This document shows, piece by piece, positions 36,753-49,177 of a stretch of 64,000 bases of DNA. This DNA comes from Nitrospirota bacterium (GTDB taxonomy: Bacteria > Nitrospirota > Thermodesulfovibrionia > Thermodesulfovibrionales > UBA9159), in assembly GCA_963699545.1 (NCBI GenBank), contig CAVOUE010000010.1:96001-160000 (forward strand), in the 5' to 3' direction. The notes beneath the pieces are model-generated. The model saw only the letters and a program-made list of their open reading frames with translations. It did no database searches and was not told the origin of the DNA. Within the stretch, counting starts at the first letter, position 1. Every line of letters begins with the position of its first letter. The translations under genes and the position numbers were made by a program.

Positions 36753-36840
36753 TCGGATAGCGGGTCGTTCTCTGGATATTGGTTTGGTAAAGACGCTGTG
36801 CGGCGATCCGGTCTTCCCGGTGTCGCCGCACAGGATATCT

Positions 36841-37598
36841 CTACCCTTTCTTCGCTAACTCCCTGAAGTACTTTCTTATCCGCGTAGCATTCGTCCCCAC
36901 ATCGCTAAGCCCAACCCGCGAAACTGACCTTACGTCGATACGGCTTCCATTGTTAAAAGGAATGATGCGGATGACGATGTCGTCCTTGAAACCGAACCAC
37001 ACCGTTGTGTCAGTGGCCTCGATACGCATTTCCTCCTTATCTACATCCACGATGAGCCATGACATTTTCTGTGCGGCCAACAGGGCTTTATCAAAGGCCT
37101 TATCAGGGGGGATGTCAAGCATGAGGGGCTGAATGTCAGGATATGCCTCATGCTGCTTCACCGCTATCTCGGGGCCGCCGTAGTCCGGGGGATTGGAAGC
37201 ATTCTTCCGGAGCGGGAGGACCGCGATAAATCGGGGAGGGTTTTCGGTGTCGGTAGTGATATCATGGATCCTTGGCAGATGTTTTGCGGCCTGATACCAG
37301 GAAAAGGGACGCCTAAAGCAGTGACCCCCAGACCAAGAGCGATGCAGGAGAGCAGGAAGTGGTGCCAGAGGTTCTTACGCAGTCCGGAAACAAGGCCGAT
37401 AAGCGAGAAAAGGGAGGCTATTCCTCCTGCGATGGCTGCTCCTCCGAGGATCTTGAAACCGGTGCCGAAATGCCACAATCCCCATCGACTTCCCAACCCT
37501 GAGATCATCGCGGAGGCAACAGATACAAGGGAAAGGACGGGTCCGAGAAGTGTGAACCTTGATAATGAACGAACGGGTCTGTTCTTTTCTTCGTCCAT
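36841..37598 (-). CDS. DUF1499 family membrane protein (frameshifted)
   Basis: N-terminal TM helices; IEATDTTVWFGFKDD...DVRSVSRVGLSDVGTNATRI. Confidence 0.8.
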
Positions 37599-37721
37599 GC
37601 TTCGTCCTCCCTCCTTTAAAGTGTATCAGGGTTGCGGCCGGGTTTCCACTCCGTCCAGTGAGGTCGTGTCGCCGCTGCCAGCAGGATAATTGACGGAACG
37701 CGCATCAACGTTTTATCATAA

Positions 37722-39002
<1,281 letters not shown>

Positions 39003-39006
<4 letters not shown>

Positions 39007-39674
39007 TCACCACCACCGAAATAATCCTACGTTTCCTTCTCGGTGCGGCTGTAGGCGGCATTATCGGCTTTGAGAGGTCCACTCATGGAAGGGCGGCGGG
39101 CTTCAGGACTCACCTTCTCGTCTGCGTTGCCGGGGTCCTCATCATGACCGTGTCCGAGTACTATCATTACCTGAGTTTATGGGATCCTTCCTATATACGC
39201 GTCGACCCGGCGCGGCTCGCAGCGGGCGCCATCACCGGTGTCGGTTTCCTCGGCGCAGGGGTCATCGTGAAAAGCGGGTTGAACGTCCAGGGACTTACCA
39301 CCGCCGCATGCCTCTGGATCGTCTCCGCCATCGGCCTCTCCATAGGAAGCGGTCTCTACGTTGCCGGTCTTGCAAGTTTTGTGATCACCTACCTTTCGCT
39401 CTGGCTTTTGAGGAGGGTTGAAGATAAGATGCCGCGACTCTCCTATAAGTTTATGACCATCGTGATGGAAGGTCGGGGCGATGAAGGGTCTATCAGATCC
39501 GTCATCGAAAAATGCGGGGCTTCCGTAAGCCGTATCGACTATGAGAGGGACCTGGAACGTTCCGTATCAACGTACAGCATCACGGTCTCCTTCAGAGACG
39601 AAAGTAGTCCGAAGACAATTCTCGACGGTGTCTCATCCCTCCCTCTTGTAAAAAAGGTCGTCATCACCAGCTGA
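39003..39674 (+). CDS. MgtC/SapB family membrane protein
   Basis: [25 protein letters not shown]. Confidence 0.9.
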
Positions 39675-39872
39675 AGTTCGATGTTCAACTTCTTCCTGCA
39701 CTCCGCGCCTTTCGCATCTGATCACACGCCGGAATCGGTCTGAGGGCCGGCAGGTCGATGGCTTGTCCTGCAACCGGATGATGTAGTACATTATAAGCGG
39801 TATTCTTGCAGGAAGCTTTTTACCTGCCATCCTTGGGTGGCAGGAATACATTTTAAGGAGGCAGGAAGAACG

Positions 39873-40367
39873 ATGGCTAAAGCAGCGAAGAAAGTGACCC
39901 AAAAAAAAGCGAAGACAGCCGCAAGACCGACAGCAAAGAAGCTTGCAGTGCCTGCATTCACCGCCAGGACAGCGAAAGAGATTACCGCAACCTTCCATGA
40001 TAGTATAGGGTTGACCGCAAAGGTTGCCGCAGCTCTTGCAGCGGCGAATGTGAACATCCTTGCCGGGACCGGCTATTCTGCCAGCGGCGCACGCCGTAAA
40101 GCAATCTTCACCCTGATCGTGGACGATCTGGCCAAGGCGGAGAAGGCCCTCGAAAAGATCGGCGCTGATGACGTACAGGATTCCTCGATCATCATGGTGG
40201 AGATGGCAAACAAGGTAGGAGCGCTGAAAAGGATATCAAAGATCATTGCCGATGCCGGTATCAACATCTACTATTTTTACTCCACCACCAGCAGCGGGAA
40301 GACGGCAACCTGTGTAATCAAGACAGCCGACGACAAGAAGACCATCAACGTTCTGCATAAAGCGTAA
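39873..40367 (+). CDS. Tandem ACT-domain protein with basic N-terminal tail
   Basis: DSIGLTAKV..NVNIL and NKVGALKRI..GINIYY; AAGGAGG upstream. Confidence 0.75.
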   Translation: MAKAAKKVTQKKAKTAARPTAKKLAVPAFTARTAKEITATFHDSIGLTAKVAAALAAANVNILAGTGYSASGARRKAIFTLIVDDLAKAEKALEKIGADDVQDSSIIMVEMANKVGALKRISKIIADAGINIYYFYSTTSSGKTATCVIKTADDKKTINVLHKA

Positions 40368-40547
40368 ACAACATACTGCACAACGAGACCACCCTGTATC
40401 AGAGGGTGGCCCTTCGGGGCGGGGGCTTGATACGCTGCCTTCGGAGAGCCCCTCTTTGGGTAATTCGCACTGGGTGCACGGCATCAAGAGCGATCAGCAG
40501 CAGGTGAGACAAACTCGGCCGACCTGTCAACCCATCGGCACGTCAAA

Positions 40548-42089
40548 TTACCGGCGAGCCTTCTTTTTTATAATCTCCCGAACCATGGCTTCTATCGTCG
40601 ACTCCTCCGGCATGATATCCACCTTCAGCCCGGCCTTCTCGATGGCCTTCGCCGTCACCGGTCCGATCACGGCAATGGAGACACCCTTGAGGAGATCGAA
40701 GGCGTCACTGCCGATAAGCCCGACGAAATTATTGAAAGTGGCAGCGCTTGTGAAGGTGGCAACCGTGATCCGGCCCTCCTTCAGGAACCGCTTAAGTCTT
40801 TTCCCGTGAAGTTCGGGCTTGACCGTCCGGTAGGCAACAGGGACATCAATCTCCCCACCCAGTTCCCTCACCTTTTCCGGAAAAACCTCTCTCGCCGTTT
40901 CCGCCCTCGGCAACAGGAATTTCATTCCTTTCAGAGCGCTGACCGGTGACTGCTGATCGCCGACTTTCTTAAATTCCTCAATCAACCCTTCCGCACGGAA
41001 TTCTTCAGGTACGAGATCCACCTTCATCCCGTATTTCTTTATCTCGCCGGCGGTCTTTGACCCTATGGCGCACAGCTTGATCCCCTTGAGGTCCCTTATA
41101 TCCTTTTCTTTTTCAAAAAATCTCTTTAAGAAATATCTCACACCGTTTGCGCTGGTAAAGATGATCCATGTATAGGAATGTATCTGTGCAATAGCCGCAT
41201 CAAGACCGCTATAGTCATCAGGAGGAACGATCTCGATGGTCGGAAATTCGATGATCTCGGCGCCAAGTTCTTCGAGGGACTCGAACCCTGCCGAGTGCTC
41301 TCTTGTGACAAGGACCCTGTGGCCGAACATCGGCTTGTCCTCGTACCATTTCAGGGTATCCCTGAGCTTCACCACATCGCCGATCACCACCACTGCGGGG
41401 GGCTTTATCTCATGCCCTTTCACATCCGAAACAATGTCCTTCAATGTGCTGACGACGGTCTTCTGGTCCGGTCTGGTTCCCCACCGGACAACAGCCACGG
41501 GGGTCTCAGGACTCCTGCCGTTCTCCATGAGTTTCCGAACAAGCATGTCGAGGTTCTTCACTGCCATAAGGACAACAATGGTGCCGACCCCCGTTGCGAG
41601 CTTTGCCCAGTCAACGGCTGATTCCTCCTTGGTGGTATCCTCATAGCCGGGGATGACCGCAAAGGATGAGGAATAGAGCCTGTGGGTGAGCGGGATCCCG
41701 GCATATGCCGGAGCTGCAATGGCAGAACTCACTCCGGGGACCACTTCGAAAGGGATACCCCTTTTCGCAAGGACACCCGCCTCTTCGCCGCCCCTGCCAA
41801 AGACAAAGGGGTCACCTCCCTTGAGTCTGCAGACGATCTTCCCTTCCTCTGCTTTTTTCACAAGGACATCGTTTATCTCATCCTGAGTCATGGTATGGTG
41901 TCCGCCCCGTTTCCCGGCATAGACGAATTCAGCGTCCTGGCTGATGTAGTTAAGGATCTGGGGATTGAGATGCAGGTCATAGACGACCACTTCCGCTTTC
42001 TGGAGGCATTTCATGCCTTTCACGGTGAGAAGCCCGATGTCTCCTGGCCCGGCGCCGACGAGATAGACCTTGCCCCTTCCTCTTTTCAT
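40548..42089 (-). CDS. cobA: Uroporphyrinogen-III C-methyltransferase / synthase fusion (CobA-HemD)
   Basis: LVGAGPGD and RLKGGDPFVFGRGGEE, then HemD FTSANGV, AIGS, VIGPVT. Confidence 0.93.
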   Translation of the reverse strand: MKRGRGKVYLVGAGPGDIGLLTVKGMKCLQKAEVVVYDLHLNPQILNYISQDAEFVYAGKRGGHHTMTQDEINDVLVKKAEEGKIVCRLKGGDPFVFGRGGEEAGVLAKRGIPFEVVPGVSSAIAAPAYAGIPLTHRLYSSSFAVIPGYEDTTKEESAVDWAKLATGVGTIVVLMAVKNLDMLVRKLMENGRSPETPVAVVRWGTRPDQKTVVSTLKDIVSDVKGHEIKPPAVVVIGDVVKLRDTLKWYEDKPMFGHRVLVTREHSAGFESLEELGAEIIEFPTIEIVPPDDYSGLDAAIAQIHSYTWIIFTSANGVRYFLKRFFEKEKDIRDLKGIKLCAIGSKTAGEIKKYGMKVDLVPEEFRAEGLIEEFKKVGDQQSPVSALKGMKFLLPRAETAREVFPEKVRELGGEIDVPVAYRTVKPELHGKRLKRFLKEGRITVATFTSAATFNNFVGLIGSDAFDLLKGVSIAVIGPVTAKAIEKAGLKVDIMPEESTIEAMVREIIKKKARR

Positions 42090-42316
42090 GCATAATTGTA
42101 TCATAAAGGCTGGGAGATGGGTGCGCCGGTGACATGCGGGGTTTGTGATATACTTTGGAAAAAAGCCATGAGAGTGTACGACATCTCCAGGAAGAACCGC
42201 GACGGCCTTGGACGTTCACTGGCATATGTGATCTTAGGATATATTATACCGCGAGGAGCAGAAATGGGACGTGACAGAGGGGCGCACAAGAGTGTTATAG
42301 TAGAGGTCATTCAATC

Positions 42317-43355
42317 ATGACCATCCGGGAACAGACAGAAGAGATAGAGAAGACGATCCTCCATCCGAAGGCCTGCCTCAGCTCGCGGAGCCGGGGCAGA
42401 CTGAAGCGTGAGAAGGAGGGGGAGATCAGGACCTGTTTCCAGAGGGACAGGGACCGGATCATCCATTCAAAGGCCTTCAGGAGATTAAAACACAAGACCC
42501 AGGTCTTTCTTGCGCCGCAGGGAGATCATTATCGAACGAGGCTGACCCACGTCCTTGAGGTCTCACAGATCGGGAGGACCATAGCAAGGGCCCTCCGCCT
42601 GAACGAGGACCTCACCGAGGCTATTGCACTGGGACACGACCTCGGGCATACTCCCTTTGGTCACGCCGGGGAATCTGTGCTGAGGGAGATACACCCGGGG
42701 GGCTTTGACCACTATAAACAGAGTCTCAGGGTGGTGGACTTCCTCGAAAGGAACGGCGAGGGATTGAATCTCACCCATGAAGTGAGGAACGGCATAGTAA
42801 AACATTCCAAAGGCAAGGGGTTGATCATCCCCGATGCTCCCGGAGAGAAGGCAGAGACCCTTGAAGGTCTCACCGTCAGGGTATCGGACATCATAGCCTA
42901 TGTGAACCATGACCTTGATGACGCCCTGAGGGCCGGCGTGATCAAGAGGTCCGATATTCCAAGGGATATCCTGAAGGTCCTCGGCGACAACCATTCCAGA
43001 AGGATAGACACGATGGTAAAGGACGTGATATTTAACTCCCTCGGGAAGGACCTGGCGGAACTGGCCATGAGCGAAGCGGTCTCTGTGGCGACGTACACAT
43101 TGCGGGACTTCCTCTATGAGCGGGTCTACGAAAGTGGAAAGATTTTGGGAGAGTTTATGAAGGCAAAGAAGATTCCTCGGTGATCTCTACAGATATTATC
43201 TTGAGCACATAGAAGAGGTCTTCAGGGACATCCCTGCGGAGAAGAAACTGAACAGGCACAGGATGGTGTGCGATTTCGTGGCGGGGATGACCGACCGGTT
43301 TGCCATGGCGACCTATGAGAGGCTCTTTCTGCCTCAGCAATGGACCATCGTATGA
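42317..43355 (+). CDS. dgt: Deoxyguanosinetriphosphate triphosphohydrolase (frameshift near 43180)
   Basis: [37 protein letters not shown]. Confidence 0.9.
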
Positions 43356-45080
43356 GTAAGGACCGTATACAGGAGCTTACAAAGGAACCGAAGATCGCCT
43401 ACTTCTCCATGGAGATAGGCCTCAGGACCGATATGCCCACCTACAGCGGCGGCCTCGGGGTGCTGGCGGGTGACACTGTTAAATCAGCTGCGGACCTGAG
43501 ACTTCCCATGGTTGCTGTCACCGTCCTGTGCAAGAAGGGCTATTTTCACCAGATGCTCGACGAAAAAGGCAGGCAGACCGAATCGCCGGAAAGCTGGGAC
43601 CCTTCCCTGTTCATGGAGCTTCTCCCTCAACAAATAACGGTGGAGATAGAGGGAAGGGATGTGTATGTCCAGGCGTGGATCTATGAGGTGAAGAGCCTGA
43701 CGGGCGGGAACATCCCGGTCTTTTACCTGGACACGGATGTCGTGGAGAACGGCCCCGGGGACCGCGACATCACTTCCTCTTTATACGGCGGAAACAGGAT
43801 GTACAGGCTCAAGCAGGAGATCGTCCTCGGCATCGGGGGCGCCAGGATGCTCCGCCGGCTTGGCTTCGAGATCAAGAAATACCACATGAACGAGGGGCAT
43901 GCGAGCCTCCTTGCCCTGGAGTTGCTGAAGGAATACAAGCGTGACATAGAAGAAGTATGGGATGAGCGCCTCGTATGGGATGTCGAGAGGGTGAAGAATC
44001 TCTGCGTCTTCACGACCCACACTCCTGTTGAAGCGGGGCATGACAGGTTCTCCTATGATAGTGTGATGAAGGTCCTGGGAGAGCCGATTCCGCTGAACGT
44101 CCTGAAGGGCCTTGGGGGTAAAGACGACCTTAATATGACTCTCCTTGCCCTGAACCTCAGCGAATTTGTGAACGGTGTCGCCAAGAAGCACGGCGAGGTG
44201 TCCCAGCATATGTTCCCGGGATATCAGATCCATGCGATAACCAACGGCGTTCACTCCTACACCTGGACATGCGACAGCTTTAAGAGGCTCTATGACAAAT
44301 ACCTTCCGGGCTGGGCGAATGAGCCTGAAATTGTTCGTGCGGGTGGGCCGCGTTCCTGATGAAGAACTCTGGGAGGTCCACCGTGAGGCGAAAAAAGCCC
44401 TCATGGATTTCGTCCGGTCCAATGCAGGGGTCGAAATGAACCCTGATATCCTCACCATCGGGTTTGCCCGGAGGGCGACCGCCTACAAGAGGGCGGACCT
44501 TCTCTTCAGTGACATCGAGAGGCTCAAGAGGATCGGCGCGGGGAAGATACAGGTTGTTTATGCCGGGAAGGCCCATCCCCGGGACGAAGAAGGCAAACAG
44601 CTCATCGAAAGGATCTTTGCGATCAAGGCGAACCTTAAGGACAGCGTCAAGATCGCCTACCTGATGAACTACAATATGGACATGGCCCTGAAGCTCGTGT
44701 CCGGCGTTGATATCTGGCTCAACACTCCCCTGAGGCCCCTGGAGGCATCAGGCACCAGCGGCATGAAGGCTGCCCATAACGGCGTTCCCAACTTCAGCGT
44801 CCTGGACGGCTGGTGGATCGAAGGTCATATAGAAGGCTTCACCGGCTGGGCCATCGGTCCGCAGCCCACAGAGAAAGAGAACAATGTCTCTGAGAGCAGT
44901 ATGGATACGCGTGATGCGGAGGACCTTTACCTCAAGCTCGAAAACATCATCATCCCCACCTTCTACAACGACAGGCGCACCTGGATGCGGATCATGCAGA
45001 ACGCCATCGGGAAGAACGCCTATTACTTCAATTCTCACAGGATGATGAGGAGATACGTCACCGAGGCGTATATCAGATAG
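43352..45080 (+). CDS. glgP: Alpha-glucan phosphorylase (frameshift near 44330)
   Basis: YFSMEIG, SGGLGVLAGD, HMNEGH, FARRATAYKR, EASGTSGMKA. Confidence 0.95.
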
Positions 45081-45087
45081 CGTCAGG

Positions 45088-45623
45088 CTATTTTCTGTTC
45101 AGGAGGTCGTCCTCTAAACCAAGGTGGTCCGATTCTATCTCTGAAAGGGCGGCGAATACCTTTTTCACCCTCGGCTCCATGGCCTCTTCGGCAAATTTCT
45201 TATACAGGGCTGCTGCACCCCTTTCCCTTTCGTGAGCCGTTCTGAGGTTCTCCCTGTCATCATCGGTGGCCACCTCTTTCCCCTTTTCAGGCTGAGGCAT
45301 ATCACACTTGAGGATCTTCCTCACCACGGAGGCATGCTCGGCCTCGACCTTCGAGAGATACTTGAATATCCCCTGAAGCTCAATATCCTTTGTCTTCAGC
45401 ATGGCATCCCGGTAAAAGGGGGCATTGTTCACTTCAAGCTGGAGGGTTGTTTCGAGGTTCCTTCTCGATACATCAGACAACTCGCCTATCCCTAGATTTT
45501 CATCGGCCCAGTCAGCCGCATTTACGAAATAGCTACCCTTCGCACCGCAGGAAAAGGACAGTGAGAAGGCCTTTCACTACCGGCATAGGCTTCGCCACAT
45601 ATGAGACAACGGTAGGAAGTCAT
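45088..45623 (-). CDS. Reverse-rubrerythrin-like protein (rubredoxin-like CxxC..CPxC plus ferritin-like domain; frameshift)
   Basis: MTSYRCLICG...CPFCGA, then LEVNN/EAEHA/IESDH di-iron motifs. Confidence 0.8.
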
Positions 45624-45635
45624 ATCTCTTCCCCT

Positions 45636-46120
45636 TTATTTCTCCCCGATGAGATAGTAATATTCCAGATCGAGCAACCTTCTCTTGATATCGGTTCCCC
45701 CCGAGTATCCCCCAGGGAGCCATCGGATTCGATCACGCGGTGGCAGGGGATAATGATCGGCAGCGGGTTCTTGCTGAGGGCCTGGCCCACTGCCCTTGAA
45801 CCCTTCGGGCTTCCCGCCTTCTCCGCGAGCCATTTGTATGTCCGCGTCTCTCCATAGTGGATATCCTTCAGAGAAAGCCAGACTCTTCTTTCGAAATCCG
45901 TGCCCTGAAAGAACTGGATGTCCTGCCGAAACTCCCTCAGCCTTCCCTCAAAATAGTCGAGCAACTGCTTTCTGAATGACTCAGGGGCCTTCCCTTTCGG
46001 ATGGGGAGGTTTCTCCCCCCCGAACCCTATTTCCGCCAGCCTTTTGCCCGAAAACACAAGGACAAGGAGTCCAAGAGGGCTTTGAAATGTGTCATAAAAG
46101 ATCCCTGCTCTGCTGCTCAT
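45636..46120 (-). CDS. ogt: Methylated-DNA-protein-cysteine methyltransferase (3' frameshift)
   Basis: GTDFERRVW, RAVGQA, PCHRV; GGYSGG..K tail in an alternate frame. Confidence 0.92.
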
Positions 46121-46165
46121 TCCTGTTCTAGACGGGTCCGGGCGACCCCCTTTCCGCACACACTG

Positions 46166-49100
46166 CTACGAAAGGAAATCTTTCGCCTTCTCAGAAGCCT
46201 TGCTCTCCCCTTCACCTTCTTTTGCATATATCTCTACCCTGTCCCCTCCCTTCCTTATGGCCTGGGCCATCGCCTTTTCGCAGCTCAGAATGAGCTCCTC
46301 AGGCGAATGTCCGTCCAGAAAGGCCAGCCCCACGCTCACAGTGAGCCTTCCCCTGGGCTGGGTCTCCTCGTGGGAGAAGGGGTAATTCTTTATTATAGCA
46401 TTGAACCGGTTCCCTAAAGAGAGGGCCGCAGAAAGGACCGTATTGGGCAGGATTACGGCAAAGGCGTCTCCGCCGTATCTCACTACAACGTCGGATCCCC
46501 GTATGTTCTTTGAAAGGAGTTCGGCGATCTTTTTCAGCACGATGTTCCCCGTATGCTCGCCGTTATCCCTCATGTACTGGCCGAAGAAATCCACATCGAG
46601 GACCATGAGGTTCAGAGGCTGTTTGTACCGCACCGCCCTCTCCACCTCCTGGGCAAGGCGCAGCTGGAAATAACGGTGGTTGAATATCCCGGTCAAGTCG
46701 TCCACCAGTCCCGCCCTTTTTGGATAGAGGACCTCTATTTCCGTGATGTGATCGATGAGCTCCTTAATGTCAAACTTGTTTTTTCTGATGATCCACTCGA
46801 TCTTCCCCATGAGCCTGATCCTGTCCTCCACCGGTATGTCCGTTTCAGTGAGGATGAAAATGGGGATATTGCGTGTCGATTGATTCTCCTTCATCTCCTT
46901 CACCACATCAAAACCCAGCATGTCAGGCAGCTCGAAGTCAAGCAATACCACATCGGGACGCAGCGCGGAGGCAAGCTCAAGTCCCCTCTTGCCCTCCTTT
47001 GCAGAATAGATAAGGAACTCCCCGGGATCAAAGCCCTTCTCCAAGAGCTCTGTTTCTCCGTCCGCGGCGATGATAAGAATGGTAGTGGGATGTTTCTTGC
47101 CCTTCAGGATGCTTAACCCCTGTAGCTTGTCCAGGAGGGAGTCCTTGTCAAGGGGTTTCATCAGATAATCTGTTGCGCCAAGGGCAAAAGCAAGGTCCTT
47201 GTTGTCGATGATGGAATGGATCAGGACCGGAATATTTGAAGTGGCCTCATTGCTCTTGAACTCCTGGAGCACTTCCCAGCCGTCTTTCCTGGGCAGCATG
47301 ATATCGAGGAGGATAGCAAAGGGTCTGAGATCCACGGCCTTTGCCACCGCGTCCTCGCCGTCAAATGCATGAGCCACTTTGTAGCCTGCCTGAGTGAGGT
47401 GTATGGTGAGGAGTTCGGCACTGGCGGGATCGTCCTCAACAACGAGGATAAGGGGCGCCCTTTCGTTCATCCAGGGGAAGTCGAGGTTCACCGCCTCCAC
47501 CTCTTCTGCATGTTTCTCCTGTAGCTGAGTGATAAGAGGAATGGAAACCACGAACGTGCTTCCTTCTCCAAGCCTGCTCTCCACCTTCACCTGTCCCCCG
47601 TGGAGTTCCACAAGCTTTTTCGTAAGGGCAAGACCGAGCCCTGCCCCGCCGTACTGCCTCGAGAAAGCGCTGTCTGCCTGCTCGAATTCATCAAAGATCC
47701 GCTGAAGGTCATCGGACCGGATGCCGACCCCGGTGTCACTGACCGCGAACGTCACTATCTCCTGATCCTCCCAGTCGCCATGGCCAGCTTCCTTCGCGAT
47801 CGCCAGGCTCACCTTTCCGCCCTCGGGGGTAAATTTTATGGCGTTGGAGATGAGGTTATAAAGGACCTGCTTGAGCTTCATCATATCCGCGGTTATGGTA
47901 TCCACGCTGTTGTTTATGGCAAGACCGAGGCCAACCGCTTTCCTGTCGGCCATGGGCTTCATGACGTTGAAGATCTCGGCGATCAAATCTTCGACGAGGA
48001 ACGTCTCATAGGTCATCTCGTATTTTCCTGCCTCTATCTTGGCGATATCGAGGACGTCGTTCACCAGTTCCAGGAGGTGTTTCCCCGAGGAATGGATGTT
48101 CTTCACATACCTCTCCTGATTCTCGGTCAATTCGCCGAAGACCTTCCCCTCGAGGACCTCCGAAAAACCGAGGATGGAATTAAGGGGCGTCCTCAATTCA
48201 TGGCTCATGTTCGCGATAAACCTGGACTTGTGCTGGCTGGCACTTTCCAGTTCCCGGTTCATTCTTTCCAGTTCCTCCGTCCTCTCCTTCACCTTGCTCT
48301 CGAATTGCTCCCCGAGCCTTGACAGTTCCTCCTCCTGTTCTCTCAGTTTCTTAAGGAGTTCCGGCCGGTCCATGAGAATGCCGAGGATCCGCGCCACAAG
48401 GCTGATCGCCCGTTTCTGACGCTCGGAATACTGCCGCAGCTTGAAATCATCAAGGTACAGGATACCGCAGACACGGTCATTGAAGAGGACAGGGCATGCA
48501 AGGACCGCCCGTATCCCCTCACGGATGAGGGCAGGGTTGTTCGTAAAGTCTACATCCGAGATATCATTGATGGCGGTGATCTCCTTCTTCTTTATCACCG
48601 CGTCGGTCAGTCCACCGGGCATCGCCCTCCAGTGTCTGTTCTCGGTGAAGCGCTTGCTCAGCCCCCTGGCGGCAAGGAGATGTACCTCCTCACCCTCCAC
48701 CCTCACAACGCTCCCTGCCTGTGAGTCGTTTATCTCCAGTGCCCTGTCAAGGACGAAGCTGACGAATTCCTCAAGGTCTTCCGCACTGCCGGCGGTTTCT
48801 GCAATGGAGAGTATCCTCTTTTGGTCCTCCATGGCCTTGTAAAGTTCGATCATCGCCTTTTTCTGTTTCTCGATGGTCTTCCACACGAACCTCGCCCCTG
48901 CGGCGTCGATGACCTCTATGCGCTCGAACAACGTTCGCATGGTATCACTGAGTTTGGCGTCTCCGGTCACATTGATGATGATCTCTGGTCTGGCTTTCTC
49001 GGCAAGGATGCTGATATCGAAGAAAAGAGGGATACCCCATTTTTGAGCAAGGACCGCTCCGGGTGTCTCAGGGTCCTTCTCGTAAATCCCGACGATCTCG

Positions 49101-49177
49101 ATGTCCGGGTCGCCCCTGAGCATGGACATCACAGTGCTGCCGGCGATGTTGCCGCCTGCTATCGCAAGCCTGACCAT
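46166..49177 (-). CDS. Hybrid signalling protein: Rossmann-like, GAF, HisKA/HATPase, REC, REC, GGDEF (GGDAF)
   Basis: SHELRTPLNS, NAIKFT, DTGVG, GLGL; ILLDIMLP; DDLTGIFN, RGSD, RYGGDAF. Confidence 0.9.
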   Translation of the reverse strand: MVRLAIAGGNIAGSTVMSMLRGDPDIEIVGIYEKDPETPGAVLAQKWGIPLFFDISILAEKARPEIIINVTGDAKLSDTMRTLFERIEVIDAAGARFVWKTIEKQKKAMIELYKAMEDQKRILSIAETAGSAEDLEEFVSFVLDRALEINDSQAGSVVRVEGEEVHLLAARGLSKRFTENRHWRAMPGGLTDAVIKKKEITAINDISDVDFTNNPALIREGIRAVLACPVLFNDRVCGILYLDDFKLRQYSERQKRAISLVARILGILMDRPELLKKLREQEEELSRLGEQFESKVKERTEELERMNRELESASQHKSRFIANMSHELRTPLNSILGFSEVLEGKVFGELTENQERYVKNIHSSGKHLLELVNDVLDIAKIEAGKYEMTYETFLVEDLIAEIFNVMKPMADRKAVGLGLAINNSVDTITADMMKLKQVLYNLISNAIKFTPEGGKVSLAIAKEAGHGDWEDQEIVTFAVSDTGVGIRSDDLQRIFDEFEQADSAFSRQYGGAGLGLALTKKLVELHGGQVKVESRLGEGSTFVVSIPLITQLQEKHAEEVEAVNLDFPWMNERAPLILVVEDDPASAELLTIHLTQAGYKVAHAFDGEDAVAKAVDLRPFAILLDIMLPRKDGWEVLQEFKSNEATSNIPVLIHSIIDNKDLAFALGATDYLMKPLDKDSLLDKLQGLSILKGKKHPTTILIIAADGETELLEKGFDPGEFLIYSAKEGKRGLELASALRPDVVLLDFELPDMLGFDVVKEMKENQSTRNIPIFILTETDIPVEDRIRLMGKIEWIIRKNKFDIKELIDHITEIEVLYPKRAGLVDDLTGIFNHRYFQLRLAQEVERAVRYKQPLNLMVLDVDFFGQYMRDNGEHTGNIVLKKIAELLSKNIRGSDVVVRYGGDAFAVILPNTVLSAALSLGNRFNAIIKNYPFSHEETQPRGRLTVSVGLAFLDGHSPEELILSCEKAMAQAIRKGGDRVEIYAKEGEGESKASEKAKDFLS